From positions 2,150-66,149 of the forward strand of contig JAFWYJ010000047.1 of NCBI GenBank assembly GCA_017517745.1: 64,000 nt of DNA, read 5' to 3'. The DNA is from Clostridia bacterium. Lineage in GTDB: Bacteria > Bacillota > Clostridia > Oscillospirales > CAG-272. The notes below the pieces were generated by a model that was given only the letters and a program-made list of their open reading frames with translations, did not search any database and was not told the DNA's origin. The position numbers were made by a program, and so were the translations under genes. Each line of letters starts with the position of its first letter. The stretch's first letter is position 1. Below, one piece after another: positions 10,501 through 20,062 of this stretch.

Positions 10501-10705
10501 TTAATCGAAGGAGTGCGGAACGAAATTCACTGACGATAATAACTTCTGACAACGAAGTTCTATATGAGCTTTCGGGATCATGCTTTTGACTATCATTCAG
10601 TGCAAGTGTTTTCCAACCTAATGCCGATAACTGATCCATGAAAGGCTTTTCGACAAAGCTATATTCACTTGCTCTGACTCTATCTCTTTCACTCATTTTC
10701 AACAC
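7538..10705 (-). CDS. hsdR: Type I restriction enzyme R subunit
   Basis: 1055 aa. Motifs TQGSGKSLTM (Walker A), MIDEAHRSQ (DEAH box) and QAIARVNR (motif VI). Position is downstream of hsdM and hsdS. Confidence 0.9.
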   Translation of the reverse strand: MLKMSERDRVRASEYSFVEKPFMDQLSALGWKTLALNDSQKHDPESSYRTSLSEVIIVSEFRSALLRLNPWLTDAQADDLVMEMQQYSSRNLLDANVEVFDRITLGFSAFNEETGEVNCPVRVIDFSDVDHFDPNNTLNSYLAISQYKIQIPGIGAHIIPDIVLFVNGLPLVVIECKSPGITDPIHEGIEQLMRYQDRRGAAEAEGVPELFFYNQFMISTSFNEARYSTITGKHAHYIEWKDPYPYRLSDIVEGRAPSSQEILIQGMLSPSNFMDILQNYTVYKEDDEGRTLKIVARYQQYRGARKIIERLRNGENTFNKGGTVWHTQGSGKSLTMMFVIRKMYNSADLANYKIVLLLDRTDLQKQLYKTSSSVKYTCHVAKSSEGLRKLIQNTASDITIAMVHKFGERGEETSFPVLNESSNILLMIDEAHRSQYSDLAANMWKSMPNSVKVAFTGTPIDKTAETFGGYIDTYSMRQAVEDEVVVEIKYEGRATESEITDPEAMNEKFADIFGMITSEEQEMLLNKTVLKAYLEDKAVIRNKANDMLNHYINTVFVNGFKAQIVAYSREAAYRYYCAINELLPIKIAELKESNPNNVNIELLEKLKAACIISSSNNDKPHLKEFADESRNDNIIAGFKMQFGEEDEHGNDSNYGIIIVKSMLLTGFDAPVEQVMYLDQVIRDHNLLQAIARVNRTCGNNKKCGYVVDYIGVTNHLKSALSKYADPDIEEMLDVLQKKEEDIDKLHTFFLTMKQFIRDNIGAKSIDEAPLIIQELVADPELREKFNALFRQISKLFDRVLPDPAALDYKNDYKMLSFIRQSVANSCRDPRFSMHDASDKVRAIVEEYLKVNGVDPKIPPVSILSPEFGVKDKGTKSVRQKCDELTYAIREYININQPKDPEFFDRMSDKLDKILQLLKDNWNDLYAALEKMRQEDIILGRERENTYGFDPKTEMPFFALVKKEIFGDKSYEDLSEQDFNQLKDIVTDILCTIKKNTSAINFWGNISLQKQLRTYIINVLLRNPLFSSIPSVFSNRKNIAQKIMELAYCHYGRNEL

Positions 10706-11975
10706 TCCTTTCTAATAACGGGTCTACGGATACTTTGTGTGTTAGGAGATCTTGCATCAAACCGTTTTTTACCGCAAAATATTTTGATAAATTAAGCATC
10801 TCAACTGCTATTTTCGAATCGATAGAATTCAAACGAGATACAATAACTTCTTGTTCTTTAACGTCCCGAGGAAGTGCAATCAAAAAACTTTCGAGTTCTT
10901 TTTTGGGCAATTCCAAAAATGTAGTTCCAGAAGAAACACGTTCAAGAGAAGATTTCTTTCCTATCAAGCTATAATACAAATACTCGCTAACAATAAGCTC
11001 ATTAGGAACTATGGATTTACATCCTTGGTTATGGGAAAACGGGACGCGTACAATTGCACAATATCCTACGGGTGCTCGACAAGAGATAATAAAAGAGTTT
11101 GGAGGCAATAGTTGCCTTGTTGCTTGATTTAGTCCTTTATCCGTGATTTTCCTCTCAGAAGAAAAAACATATTTCCCTGATATGTTACTTAAGTCATTTG
11201 GAGTTATCCAAACATGTGTTTCGCCCCAATTGGAACTATCATTTGTTTTAGGGGTTGATCCTCCTAAAACCGTACCTAAACGTAGTATCGGCATAGCATC
11301 CCATTCAACGGGAATCTTGCCCAAAGGGGAATCTTTATACTTATGTGTTTTTGGAGAACGAATTACGCCGTTTTCGTCTATGCCATTGACCAGAAGATCC
11401 TGCATTAAGCCTTCTTTTATAGCCTTGTATTTTTCAATAATGGCTTTAGTTTTACCAATTACTTCATCGACCGTTGCAAGAATTTGAGCAATTTTTTCTT
11501 GCTCAGCTTTTTGTTTAGGATATGTGAAAGAAAACTTGTAGAAATGTTCTTGATTTAGATGCTTAATAGTTGATCCAGTCAAAATATTTCTCATAAACAA
11601 TTCAAACACATGAGAGTTTAAAACATAGTACAGATATTTGGAATTCAATTCGCGATTCAGCTGATGCAATACAAACACACCACTATTTAAAGCTGCTTGG
11701 GGCGGACAATTTGTTGCTACTGCTGTTTTGCCAATTGTTCCATCTTTTGTGATCAGCAAATCGTTTTCGTGAATTTGTATTCCAGTGTCCTGATTGTATC
11801 TTGCTTCTGAAATGCGATAACACTCATCCCAAGAAATTTTTCCATCATGAAAATTAGTACCCGTAATTAAATAGGGGCCGTCATCCAAAAACTCATGTGC
11901 TTTTAACCCTTGCCATCCTATACGTGCTCGCAGCCTATATAAGTCGCATATGGTTTTTTGACTCCACTCACCCAT
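10689..11975 (-). CDS. hsdS: Type I R-M specificity subunit (two target-recognition domains)
   Basis: 428 aa with two TRD halves separated by conserved helical spacers (KEGLMQDLL and KNGLMQDLL). Overlaps hsdM by 8 nt and hsdR by 17 nt. Confidence 0.85.
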   Translation of the reverse strand: MGEWSQKTICDLYRLRARIGWQGLKAHEFLDDGPYLITGTNFHDGKISWDECYRISEARYNQDTGIQIHENDLLITKDGTIGKTAVATNCPPQAALNSGVFVLHQLNRELNSKYLYYVLNSHVFELFMRNILTGSTIKHLNQEHFYKFSFTYPKQKAEQEKIAQILATVDEVIGKTKAIIEKYKAIKEGLMQDLLVNGIDENGVIRSPKTHKYKDSPLGKIPVEWDAMPILRLGTVLGGSTPKTNDSSNWGETHVWITPNDLSNISGKYVFSSERKITDKGLNQATRQLLPPNSFIISCRAPVGYCAIVRVPFSHNQGCKSIVPNELIVSEYLYYSLIGKKSSLERVSSGTTFLELPKKELESFLIALPRDVKEQEVIVSRLNSIDSKIAVEMLNLSKYFAVKNGLMQDLLTHKVSVDPLLERSVENE

Positions 11976-14538
11976 TGATATACCCCAAACCTTTCAAGAA
12001 AGCATTAAGCGCTTTTTCCGCGTTAGAACGATCTGTGAGCAACGAATTAAGACTTGTAAAATATTTATCGTACAGATGTTGAACCGCTTTAACCGTTTTA
12101 TTTGATTCTTCTTTCAAATACTTATCAAGCTCTTGCACAAATCCTTCGTGAAGTATTTGCATGATCAAAGTCTCGCACTGTTCTTCTGTCAGTTCAATGC
12201 GGATAGCATCGATTTTTGCTTCCAATTCCTCGGTTTTTTTCTTAAGGATCTTGTTAAGATTTGTTTTAACTTTTTTGAGCTCGGTGATTCTCTTAAGTTG
12301 CTGTTTCGCCAATTCTACATCTTTCGCGTTCTTGGAGTTGTTTTTGATTGCATTCAGATATGCTCTTACAGTCTTTTCACTTACCTCAACTTCTTCGCCA
12401 TCTTCATCTGTTTCGGTGTCCATTTCTATGCTTGCAAGATATTCATCAAACTCGTTTTGTGCATCGGCAATAGACTTTTCGAGGTCGGCAATTGCAGCAA
12501 GTTCTTCAGGGAAGTGTTCAGTTGCAATTTTTTCATCGGAAACAAGCGCAGCAACAAAGCCCTCAGAACGAATCGTTTTGAAGACATTTTTAATCATGAT
12601 AACTTCTTTAACAGTTACCTTGGTTTCTGTTCCATCCGACGAAGTTTCAATTTCGGTTGACTCACGAACTGTATAGCTGTGATCCCACCAGTTAGCAAAA
12701 ACACCATTGCTTTGGAAGTTGTCAAGAATGCCGACAGGAGTTAATTCTGCTTCCAAAGCGGTGGTATAGGTTTTCTTGAAATTATATATATCAAGCTTTT
12801 CATGGATGTTTCTGATATCAACGATGGCTTTGCTCCAAAAGCTTTCAAAAGCAGCGTGCATTCTATCGTTTGCGCCGGTAACACCTTCACACGAAAGAAT
12901 AGTGTCCTTTATACCTTGTTTTGTGGAACAATTGCTATTAAACAAACAAAATTCATCGGTATACTCATCAAAAATAACATCCTCGGAAATGCCGTATTTC
13001 GCAATTTTACCGTTAAGCGCCGCTATTTCCGTCTTGGGTACGCCGCCTGAAATATGCGCACGCACATTGTGGGGCTCTTGTGCAGGACTATTATCTACAT
13101 AACGGCGAATATTCAAGTTGCTGTCGTTTGTATCCTCGTTAAGGATATCATCAATAGAGATGAATTTTGAATATCCGGGGACTTCCAATTTGTTATCAAA
13201 GACATTTACGATTTTTTCGCTATCTTCGGGGCGAAGATAGTTCTGATTTTTGCCCTCGCCATATTCCGCATCTGCGTTAATAATCAGAATACGTCTGTCC
13301 TTTACCTTCTTCTTATTAACAACAATCAAGCAAGTAGGGATGCTTGTCCCGTAAAACAAATCCGGAGGCAAACTGATAATTGCTTCAATGATATCATCAT
13401 CAAGGATGCCGCTTCTGATAACTTTTTCCTGACCACCACGGAACAAAACACCATGAGGCATAACGGTAATCATCATGCCGTCGGGCTTCAAACTTGCAAT
13501 CATGTGCTGAACGAACATAAGGTCTGCTTTTTTGCCTGTTTCGGGAGCCCAACCATAGCAAAAACGATTTTGACAAATCATCTTGTCGCTACGCTTGTAG
13601 TTCTGAGAGAAGGGTGGGTTCGCAATAACTCGGTCAAATTGTTTTGTGTTGCCATTTTCTACCCAATGCGGTGTTTCCAGTGTATCTCCGTTTTCGATGT
13701 TTGCATCGGGAATATCGTGCATAATCATATTCATCTTACAAATAGACCATACACTCGCCGCATCATCCTGTCCGTAAAGTGCCAAATTGGTAGCATTTTG
13801 ACCTTGCTGCTCTACATACTGTTTGCTCTGAATCAGCATACCGCCCGAGCCAACGGTGGGGTCGTATATTTCGTTACCTTCCTGAGGCTTAATAAGACGA
13901 ACCATAAGTTGAACAACAGAAGCAGGGGTATAGAATTCGCCCCCCTTTTTGCCTGCGCTATCGGCAAAGTTCTTAATCATATACTCGTAAGCTGCACCAA
14001 GCAAATCGGGAAATACGAAGTTGTCATTTGTAAGCTTGTACTTGTTGAAATGACGGATAAGATCAATAAGCTTAGCATCGCTGATGATCTGTTTGCTTTT
14101 TACCTTTTTAGCAAAATCAATAGAGTCAAATACTCCGGTCAGTTCAACGTTGCTACGTGAAATCTCCAAAAGTGCACGCTTAAGTCGGGAAGCAACCGAT
14201 ACCTTGAGGTGTAATACACCCGAGAATTCTTCTTCGGGTCTACTATTGGGAACGATAAAAGGTTCGCATTCCCAACGTGCCAGTTTAGGAACAAAGAATG
14301 TAGCTCCGTAAGATTCGGGATCTTCCAGTCTTTCGGCAATCTGCGCCTCGGTATTTCCGTCTTTGCGATATTCAGCCTCGAGTTGCTTTCTCTTTTGCAT
14401 GAAGTTGTCAGACAGACGCTTCAAGAATAACATTCCAAAAATGTATTCCTTAAACTCGGAAGCATCCATTTTTCCTCTAAGTATATCAGCAGCTTTTAAT
14501 AGATAGTTTTCTAACTGTGAAATTGTTATTTTGCTCAT
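11968..14538 (-). CDS. hsdM: Type I R-M N6-adenine DNA methyltransferase with about 350-aa coiled-coil-rich C-terminal extension
   Basis: 856 aa. HsdM_N-like start ([25 protein letters not shown]), an AdoMet region, and the catalytic NPPF motif (VIANPPFS). The C-terminal third is E/K-rich. Confidence 0.9.
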   Translation of the reverse strand: MSKITISQLENYLLKAADILRGKMDASEFKEYIFGMLFLKRLSDNFMQKRKQLEAEYRKDGNTEAQIAERLEDPESYGATFFVPKLARWECEPFIVPNSRPEEEFSGVLHLKVSVASRLKRALLEISRSNVELTGVFDSIDFAKKVKSKQIISDAKLIDLIRHFNKYKLTNDNFVFPDLLGAAYEYMIKNFADSAGKKGGEFYTPASVVQLMVRLIKPQEGNEIYDPTVGSGGMLIQSKQYVEQQGQNATNLALYGQDDAASVWSICKMNMIMHDIPDANIENGDTLETPHWVENGNTKQFDRVIANPPFSQNYKRSDKMICQNRFCYGWAPETGKKADLMFVQHMIASLKPDGMMITVMPHGVLFRGGQEKVIRSGILDDDIIEAIISLPPDLFYGTSIPTCLIVVNKKKVKDRRILIINADAEYGEGKNQNYLRPEDSEKIVNVFDNKLEVPGYSKFISIDDILNEDTNDSNLNIRRYVDNSPAQEPHNVRAHISGGVPKTEIAALNGKIAKYGISEDVIFDEYTDEFCLFNSNCSTKQGIKDTILSCEGVTGANDRMHAAFESFWSKAIVDIRNIHEKLDIYNFKKTYTTALEAELTPVGILDNFQSNGVFANWWDHSYTVRESTEIETSSDGTETKVTVKEVIMIKNVFKTIRSEGFVAALVSDEKIATEHFPEELAAIADLEKSIADAQNEFDEYLASIEMDTETDEDGEEVEVSEKTVRAYLNAIKNNSKNAKDVELAKQQLKRITELKKVKTNLNKILKKKTEELEAKIDAIRIELTEEQCETLIMQILHEGFVQELDKYLKEESNKTVKAVQHLYDKYFTSLNSLLTDRSNAEKALNAFLKGLGYING

Positions 14539-14607
14539 TTTAATTACCTCGTTTTTCGTCTATATGGCAATGGACAGAGCCTATTTGCCCCTAAATTCGC
14601 ATAAGTA

Positions 14608-15441
14608 TTATGCGTTAAGCAGAATGACAGAATTTGCAATTCGTTTTTCTCCCCCAACAGGAGTAGTATAAAAACGCTGTTCGATTCCGAACAAAAGTTT
14701 TTTCATATCATCTTCAGTTCCTATATTAAACGAATTTTCTGAAACTTGAAGTTCGGGGCAGTAACTACCAATATAAGCAAAGATGTTTTTTCTATCATCT
14801 TCTTCGAGTTCGCTCAATGTTTTCATTGCTAAAGCTATTCTTTTTCTATTAGGTGTTTTAACACTTTTTGCAGAATAGCCATCCGTTAGATTTATAAAGT
14901 CATTATTCAAGAACTGCGTTGTTTCTTCTTCGGTTGCTTCGCGATAAAGTTGGTCAATTCCTTTAAATATACTTGTAATAGCTTCAAGTCGCTTAAAATA
15001 CAAGATGTCGTTCGACTTGTCATAGATTGCATCGGGCAGATCATTGATAACTATTTCACTACAGTCATCTTGATATTCGTATGCTTCACCCAAGGCGAGT
15101 ACACGCCTCTTAGAAAGCAACTTTGATTTAGATGTATTTTGAAATGCTATATAGTTATCAGACAACACGAAGATGAAGTCAATTCGTGAAAAATCTTTTC
15201 TATCTAACGTTTGGAAATCGACAGCTGTATCGGTTGACGATAGAAGATCAATAGCATACTCTGTTTCCGATGCCTTCTCAATACAAAACCATTCACCTTC
15301 TTCAAGAAGCGTACCCGGAGCGTATGTGATCGATAAATCTTTGGTAATCGTAGGAATATTGTACAACGCACCATCCACAGAAATAATAGCCCTGTACTTA
15401 TTTTTCTCTCTTTGTTTTAACTTGGCACAAATACTATCCAT
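14608..15441 (-). CDS. Soluble 277-aa protein, possibly KwaB/DUF4868-like
   Basis: Clean ORF. Its start overlaps the stop of the upstream 4-TM gene (ATGGATAG). The architecture matches Kiwa, but family membership was not verifiable by eye. Confidence 0.55.
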   Translation of the reverse strand: MDSICAKLKQREKNKYRAIISVDGALYNIPTITKDLSITYAPGTLLEEGEWFCIEKASETEYAIDLLSSTDTAVDFQTLDRKDFSRIDFIFVLSDNYIAFQNTSKSKLLSKRRVLALGEAYEYQDDCSEIVINDLPDAIYDKSNDILYFKRLEAITSIFKGIDQLYREATEEETTQFLNNDFINLTDGYSAKSVKTPNRKRIALAMKTLSELEEDDRKNIFAYIGSYCPELQVSENSFNIGTEDDMKKLLFGIEQRFYTTPVGGEKRIANSVILLNA

Positions 15442-15979
15442 TTTTATTCTTCCTTCCTGTGAGTTCTATGAAAGTAGTGTCATTGATACGGTATAGGGTA
15501 TCAGTTGATAGTTCTGATGCTTTTCGAGCAACTGATCCTTTTTTTATCAAAAATATTCGCGTTCCACTTTCCGTAAGGATATTATAGTAGTGATATCCAA
15601 ACAGAAGGAAAATAGGGTTGAAATATTGAGTTTGTGATACAAGGGTAAAAACAAACACGATGACAAAAACAAATAGCATTGTCAAATGTTCTGAGACACT
15701 AATGGAAACAAAGAAATACCCAAGGTATATTGGGAGAAAATCTCCGTCTGCCAACGACAGTTCTTTACATCCTTTAAGCGTGTCTTTTTTGAATTTTTTT
15801 GTTATAAGCAATGAAAGTGCTGATAACGCAATTGAACATCCTATCAATAATAATCCCAAAAACCACACGGGAATTATCCAAAAAGTCCATCCATTTTTTA
15901 TCACATAAATTATTCCCATCCATGATGTAGCATTAAATGCAAGTAAAAGTTTAAATATAAAATTCATTATTATCCTCAA
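15434..15979 (-). CDS. Small 4-TM membrane protein with cytosolic tail, possibly KwaA-like
   Basis: 181 aa with four hydrophobic segments, then a charged C-terminal tail. Lies 21 nt downstream of the GIY-YIG gene. Ends in TAG, overlapping the next ATG. Confidence 0.6.
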   Translation of the reverse strand: MRIIMNFIFKLLLAFNATSWMGIIYVIKNGWTFWIIPVWFLGLLLIGCSIALSALSLLITKKFKKDTLKGCKELSLADGDFLPIYLGYFFVSISVSEHLTMLFVFVIVFVFTLVSQTQYFNPIFLLFGYHYYNILTESGTRIFLIKKGSVARKASELSTDTLYRINDTTFIELTGRKNKNG

Positions 15980-16000
15980 TGCATAAGTTTGTTGAGCGCG

Positions 16001-16849
16001 TTATTTTCTATAAAGCTCGTCCAATGTTTTTCCGTCCTTGTCCTTCCATTCAACCCAACCGTTGATGCTGCCGCCCAAAACGAACATAGCTGCAGAACTT
16101 GGTGAGGTGAAGGATACCGAAACAGTCAATTTGTACTTCATGTCAACGCAAACAATATTGCCGTTAGCAAGAGCCGTTTGGCGTTGCTTTTCCATTGTTG
16201 CGGAATGACACTTACGCTTTATGTCGATTTCTGAACCTTCAAGAACCTCGAAGTTCTCACCATCGTAAACACCAAAAGCAAGAATACCGTTTCGAGTGGT
16301 ATGTAAAGTGTTAGCTTCGTTCAAGGTAACCTTGGTGTTATCCATTTTGTAACCTTGAGTTGCCATAATGAACTGAATTTCTTCGTAAACTTCCTCGATC
16401 AAAGGAAGATCATATTCATCAATCTCGTACTTGGGATTGACTGAATTTTCCACTTTGTAGCGTTTGGAATCGTGCGCCTTGCCAATGGCATAAGCTTCAA
16501 GACCGCTTATCATATCAAGGGAGAAGGTTTTATTGTCAGCCAAAAACATAATTGCCTTGTTCCAAAAGTCCTTTGAACGATTATGATCATCAAGGCGAAC
16601 AACGCCATTTCTCGTCTGACCGATATAAATCTGAGCGATCTTGTTATCGTCGTTCTCGCTGATCAGATAGTAAATGCCAGGACGATTGATGCCCGAAAGC
16701 TTCTTTGCTTCTGACAGTAGAGGACGAGGAATAACATAGGTTGTCATCGTGGAGAGATGTCTGCGAATGGATCGAATTCCATCGGGCTGACCGTTGTGAT
16801 ATATGATTTCAAGCTTTTTGCTGATTCCCATTTTTGTTTCCCCTTTCAT
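16001..16849 (-). CDS. GIY-YIG nuclease domain protein with DUF4357-like C-terminus
   Basis: GIYYL...YIGQT...R...H motif series in the N-terminal half. The C-terminal part SPSSAAMFVLGGSINGWVEWKDKDGKTLDELY resembles DUF4357. An alternative start is at 16831. Confidence 0.75.
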   Translation of the reverse strand: MKGETKMGISKKLEIIYHNGQPDGIRSIRRHLSTMTTYVIPRPLLSEAKKLSGINRPGIYYLISENDDNKIAQIYIGQTRNGVVRLDDHNRSKDFWNKAIMFLADNKTFSLDMISGLEAYAIGKAHDSKRYKVENSVNPKYEIDEYDLPLIEEVYEEIQFIMATQGYKMDNTKVTLNEANTLHTTRNGILAFGVYDGENFEVLEGSEIDIKRKCHSATMEKQRQTALANGNIVCVDMKYKLTVSVSFTSPSSAAMFVLGGSINGWVEWKDKDGKTLDELYRK

Positions 16850-16850
16850 A

Positions 16851-17933
16851 TTATATTAAAACTTCCCATTTGCCGTAGCGCTTTCCGCTTTCACGACGGA
16901 TATAATTCTTATCTTGCAGGGATTTCATCACACGTTTAACGGTGCTGAGAGATTTTCCTGTGGTATCGGCCAGCTCTTGCTGCTTGATGTTGGGGTTCTT
17001 TGCAACCAATTCCAGTACCGCCAATTCTTCCAAAGTACAGTCCAAAGTATCAAATTGAGACTTTGGAACTTCAGAAATGACACTTTGGGAATCGTTTTCC
17101 TCCACATAATCCACGTGCATATATCTGTTTTTCAACTCGTGATTGGTTTCCAAGAGGAGATTTCCGAAGAACATTTCCAAAAATTTCGTTGTGGAGTGAA
17201 TGCCTTTTTGCAAATTGTTATAGTTCGCCCTGACGAGCGCATTGCGGAAATACCACGAATTCTTTTGGAAAGCATCGTTATTTACGCGAAAGCCAAAGGT
17301 TTTCATATATTTGATCATAAAGACGGCAGTCGCTCTCGTGTTGCCCTCGCAGAAGGGATGAATCTGCCAGATGTCAGATGCGAATTTTGCGAGGTGTCTG
17401 ACGGCCGCTTCTACGGACAAAACCTCGTAGGAAAACTGCTTTTCGGTTGCAAAATCGTAGTCCAGAGTGTCACGAATGCTGTTGAAATCCGCATAGATGA
17501 CCGTATCGCCGTTCAGCACCCATTCCTTCTTGGTAATGTTGTAGGTCCTCACTTGACCTGCGTACTTGAACACACCCTCAAACAGTCTGCGGTGAATGGT
17601 CATCCACTCCGCTGGCGAGAACTGAAAGCTCTTTTCACCGAGGAGCTTTGCGATTCTTGCGGAAACAATGTCGGCTTCCTTGGTCGCGTCCTCAATTTCG
17701 GTGCGCTCGGTGCGCTGCTCATAGTAGCTTTGAATGCGCTTTTGTGCCTCGTCTATACTGATATTGCCCTCGATATGCTCCTTGGCGGTATCCAAAAGAT
17801 ATTCAGAGGTTTTAAGACCATCAACCGCTTGCAGTCCGATAGCGGTTTGCCACGCCTCACTCTTTTCAATTTTGCCGGGCTCGCCCTGTTTTATATATTC
17901 TTCAAGTTCAAATTGCCAATTTTTCTCTGACAT
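16851..17933 (-). CDS. Fic family protein with C-terminal winged-HTH
   Basis: Fic motif HPFCEGNTRAT. C-terminal LADTTGKSLSTVKRVMKSLQDKNYIRR is wHTH-like. GGAGG lies 7 nt upstream of the ATG at 17933; the ORF extends to 17945. Confidence 0.8.
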   Translation of the reverse strand: MSEKNWQFELEEYIKQGEPGKIEKSEAWQTAIGLQAVDGLKTSEYLLDTAKEHIEGNISIDEAQKRIQSYYEQRTERTEIEDATKEADIVSARIAKLLGEKSFQFSPAEWMTIHRRLFEGVFKYAGQVRTYNITKKEWVLNGDTVIYADFNSIRDTLDYDFATEKQFSYEVLSVEAAVRHLAKFASDIWQIHPFCEGNTRATAVFMIKYMKTFGFRVNNDAFQKNSWYFRNALVRANYNNLQKGIHSTTKFLEMFFGNLLLETNHELKNRYMHVDYVEENDSQSVISEVPKSQFDTLDCTLEELAVLELVAKNPNIKQQELADTTGKSLSTVKRVMKSLQDKNYIRRESGKRYGKWEVLI

Positions 17934-17946
17934 ATTTGCCTCCATA

Positions 17947-18363
17947 TTACTTTTCGTTTTTCTGCCTATAAATCTCTTTCAGATCCTCGATTGCCACTTC
18001 GGGGGCGAGGGTGTGAAAGATAAGCCAATTGCGGCTCATGGTTTCGGCAGGAGCTTGGCGGTAGATGTCCTTACTATCCTCGCCTGTGGCGAAGTGCCAG
18101 AAGCGGTAGAGGTAGCCTGCCCAATAAAGCACCTCTTTATCGTACACGGTGCCGCCTTTGGTGAGCTCTGCGTTATCGGCAATCTCCGCGAGAAGATATT
18201 CTTCGCCTGCCCATTGCATACGATTGAACTTGGAGTCAAGTCCTTTGGCAACCTCGCCTGTCATAAACGCTTTGATGAAGGTTGCGCTATCGTAACCGTT
18301 CGCACCTGACAGCTCGAAAAGTCTGCCTTGTATGTCACACATTTTCAGTTGGAGTTCGTTCAT
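17947..18363 (-). CDS. Hypothetical 138-aa protein, possibly DUF3791-like partner of the upstream DUF3990-like gene
   Basis: Clean ORF. Its stop is 1 nt from the Fic ORF and its start is 12 nt after the upstream gene. The assignment rests on gene context and a weak C-terminal resemblance only. Confidence 0.5.
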   Translation of the reverse strand: MNELQLKMCDIQGRLFELSGANGYDSATFIKAFMTGEVAKGLDSKFNRMQWAGEEYLLAEIADNAELTKGGTVYDKEVLYWAGYLYRFWHFATGEDSKDIYRQAPAETMSRNWLIFHTLAPEVAIEDLKEIYRQKNEK

Positions 18364-18375
18364 TGTGTCCTCCTA

Positions 18376-19239
18376 TTATTTCGCCTCGTCAAGTATCTCG
18401 TCGTAGAACTTTCCTTCGCGGCGGTAGTTCTTGCAAATGTCGTTTGCAAGTGTTATTCCCCTCACGCGGTTGGCTTCGCTCTCGTCCTGAAGAAATCTGC
18501 GCTCCATCATCGAAATGGGAAGCTCCCTTTCCACTCGAACGGCTGCACACGCCTTTTCGGTGGTCGCTACGTACTGCTTTCCGAGTTTAAGGGCGGAAAG
18601 ACTATTAACGAGAGCCATATCTGTGATGCCGCCGGTGAAGAAGTTATCCAGCACGTAGAACATTCTGTCGTTTGCGATACTGCCGATCACGAGATCCTTA
18701 CCTGCATCAAGCTGACTGTATTTTCCGTAGAAGTCCGTACCCTTGATCTGCTCCATTCTGCCACGGTGGTAGGCAACAAGCATTGCCCAATCGAGATCGG
18801 CCTTGATCTCAACCGAGTCGAGCTCACGCATATCGATCGACACGATGTAGAACTTGGATTTTTCGAAATCGCAGATAAGCGTCAGCGGTTGTCCGGGCTC
18901 GGTGCCCATGTAGAAGCCCTTGCCGAAGTCACACATTTCTCGGCTCTTGGGCGCGATGTCGCCAACGATACCCGACTTTGAGCCGTGGTAAAGCAGAACA
19001 CGACCTTCTTCAAGTGCGATTTCCTCGGTGGCTGTCTTGATCTTATCGAGGATCATCTGATAGACGGGAACGCCCTGCGCCTTGCAGTATTCGTAAATAG
19101 TTGCTTGCGCCAATTTCGTGGGGAGCGCACGACCGTTTTCCCAACGGTTGACCGTAGCAAATGTCACGCTCAACTTCTCGGCGAAGTCGGCTTGGCTCAG
19201 CCCCAAATATTCTCTTATACCCTTGATTAGCTTTTGCAT
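18376..19239 (-). CDS. XRE-family HTH fused to a DUF3990-like domain
   Basis: HTH LGLSQADFAEKLSVTFATVNRWENG. Downstream LLYHGSKSG...CDFGKGFYMGT matches the DUF3990 signature as remembered. GGAGG RBS precedes the ATG at 19239; the ORF track extends to 19392. Confidence 0.7.
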   Translation of the reverse strand: MQKLIKGIREYLGLSQADFAEKLSVTFATVNRWENGRALPTKLAQATIYEYCKAQGVPVYQMILDKIKTATEEIALEEGRVLLYHGSKSGIVGDIAPKSREMCDFGKGFYMGTEPGQPLTLICDFEKSKFYIVSIDMRELDSVEIKADLDWAMLVAYHRGRMEQIKGTDFYGKYSQLDAGKDLVIGSIANDRMFYVLDNFFTGGITDMALVNSLSALKLGKQYVATTEKACAAVRVERELPISMMERRFLQDESEANRVRGITLANDICKNYRREGKFYDEILDEAK

Positions 19240-19278
19240 TTTATGCCTCCAATAGATATAACAAATATCATCTCTTAT

Positions 19279-19307
19279 ATTATACCAAATGTTATATCGT
19301 TTGTCAA
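19279..19307 (-). promoter_or_regulatory. Consensus sigma-A promoter for the HTH-DUF3990 operon
   Basis: Minus strand reads TTGACA-17 nt-TATAAT (plus-strand TGTCAA at 19302-19307 and ATTATA at 19279-19284), about 40 nt upstream of the ATG at 19239. Confidence 0.7.
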
Positions 19308-19317
19308 TATCCGTGCC

Positions 19318-19520
19318 AAAAAACATGGGTATTTTTTGAACAAAAAACAGCTTCAAAAAGTACCCATAATTTTGAAGGGCAAAAATCACCACAATCCCTT
19401 ACGCCGCCTTGCTTTTTTCTGCCTGCATTTCCTCAAATTACGTTAGAGAGAGGCTTCATCATAACGCAATTTCACAATGATTGTCTTTTTTCTTTCCGTC
19501 CCGGGCAGTCTTCACAATTC
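19318..19520 (-). repeat. Island junction repeat copy R2
   Basis: AAAACATGGGTATTTTT...AAAAAGTACCCAT terminator-type hairpin. Hairpin AAATTACGTTA (19435-19445) / TAACGCAATTT (19462-19472). Box CCCGGGCAGTCTTCACAATTC at 19500..19520. Confidence 0.85.
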
Positions 19521-19633
19521 TCCAGATTCGTGCTATTCTTAGGATGAGTTATAAAGCGAATTTGCTATAATGATCGTCGCTCTATGCCGATTTTCCGATT
19601 GCTTTGTTCGGATTATCGCCCTCTAATATTCAG

Positions 19634-19925
19634 AAAAACATGGGTATTTTCGAGTGAAAATTGGCTTTGAAAAATACGCCATGTCTCAACTGCGCAACAA
19701 TCCTCCTTTGCACATTTAAAAATGAAGAAATTTTTTATGTAAAAACCACCTTAAAATCGGGTGCTCTAATTACATAAAAAATTTCGCGGAAAAGTCTTAT
19801 TTTTCAGAGCATTCATGAGGTTATTGCTCAAAAATTACGCCAAAGAGAGCAGTCTATGTGGCGCAATTTCGCAAGTTCTCAACTTTACAAAAGCCCCCGG
19901 GTAGTCTTTGCAATTCACACAATTC
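19634..19925 (-). repeat. Island junction repeat copy R3 (long form)
   Basis: Starts AAAACATGGGTATTTT. Contains the perfect 11-bp stem TTTTTATGTAA / TTACATAAAAA, the hairpin AAATTACGCCA (19832-19842) / TGGCGCAATTT (19858-19868), and a box variant with an internal 9-bp duplication at 19896..19925. Confidence 0.8.
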
Positions 19926-19999
19926 TTGCTGCTTTCAGAATCGGCATGGAGCGAAATTGCTTGTAAGAAATATGCCCCATACTCATTCTGTTGTTTCTA

Positions 20000-20027
20000 T
20001 TGATATTTTTCTAAAATGTGATATAAT
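20000..20027 (+). promoter_or_regulatory. Sigma-A promoter with extended -10 upstream of the DUF6933/pRiA4b gene
   Basis: TTGATA (20000-20005), 16 nt spacer, TGTGATATAAT (TATAAT at 20022-20027). Confidence 0.55.
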
Positions 20028-20062
20028 GTATTATAGAAGTGAGTGCGAGGAAGGAGAAAAAG

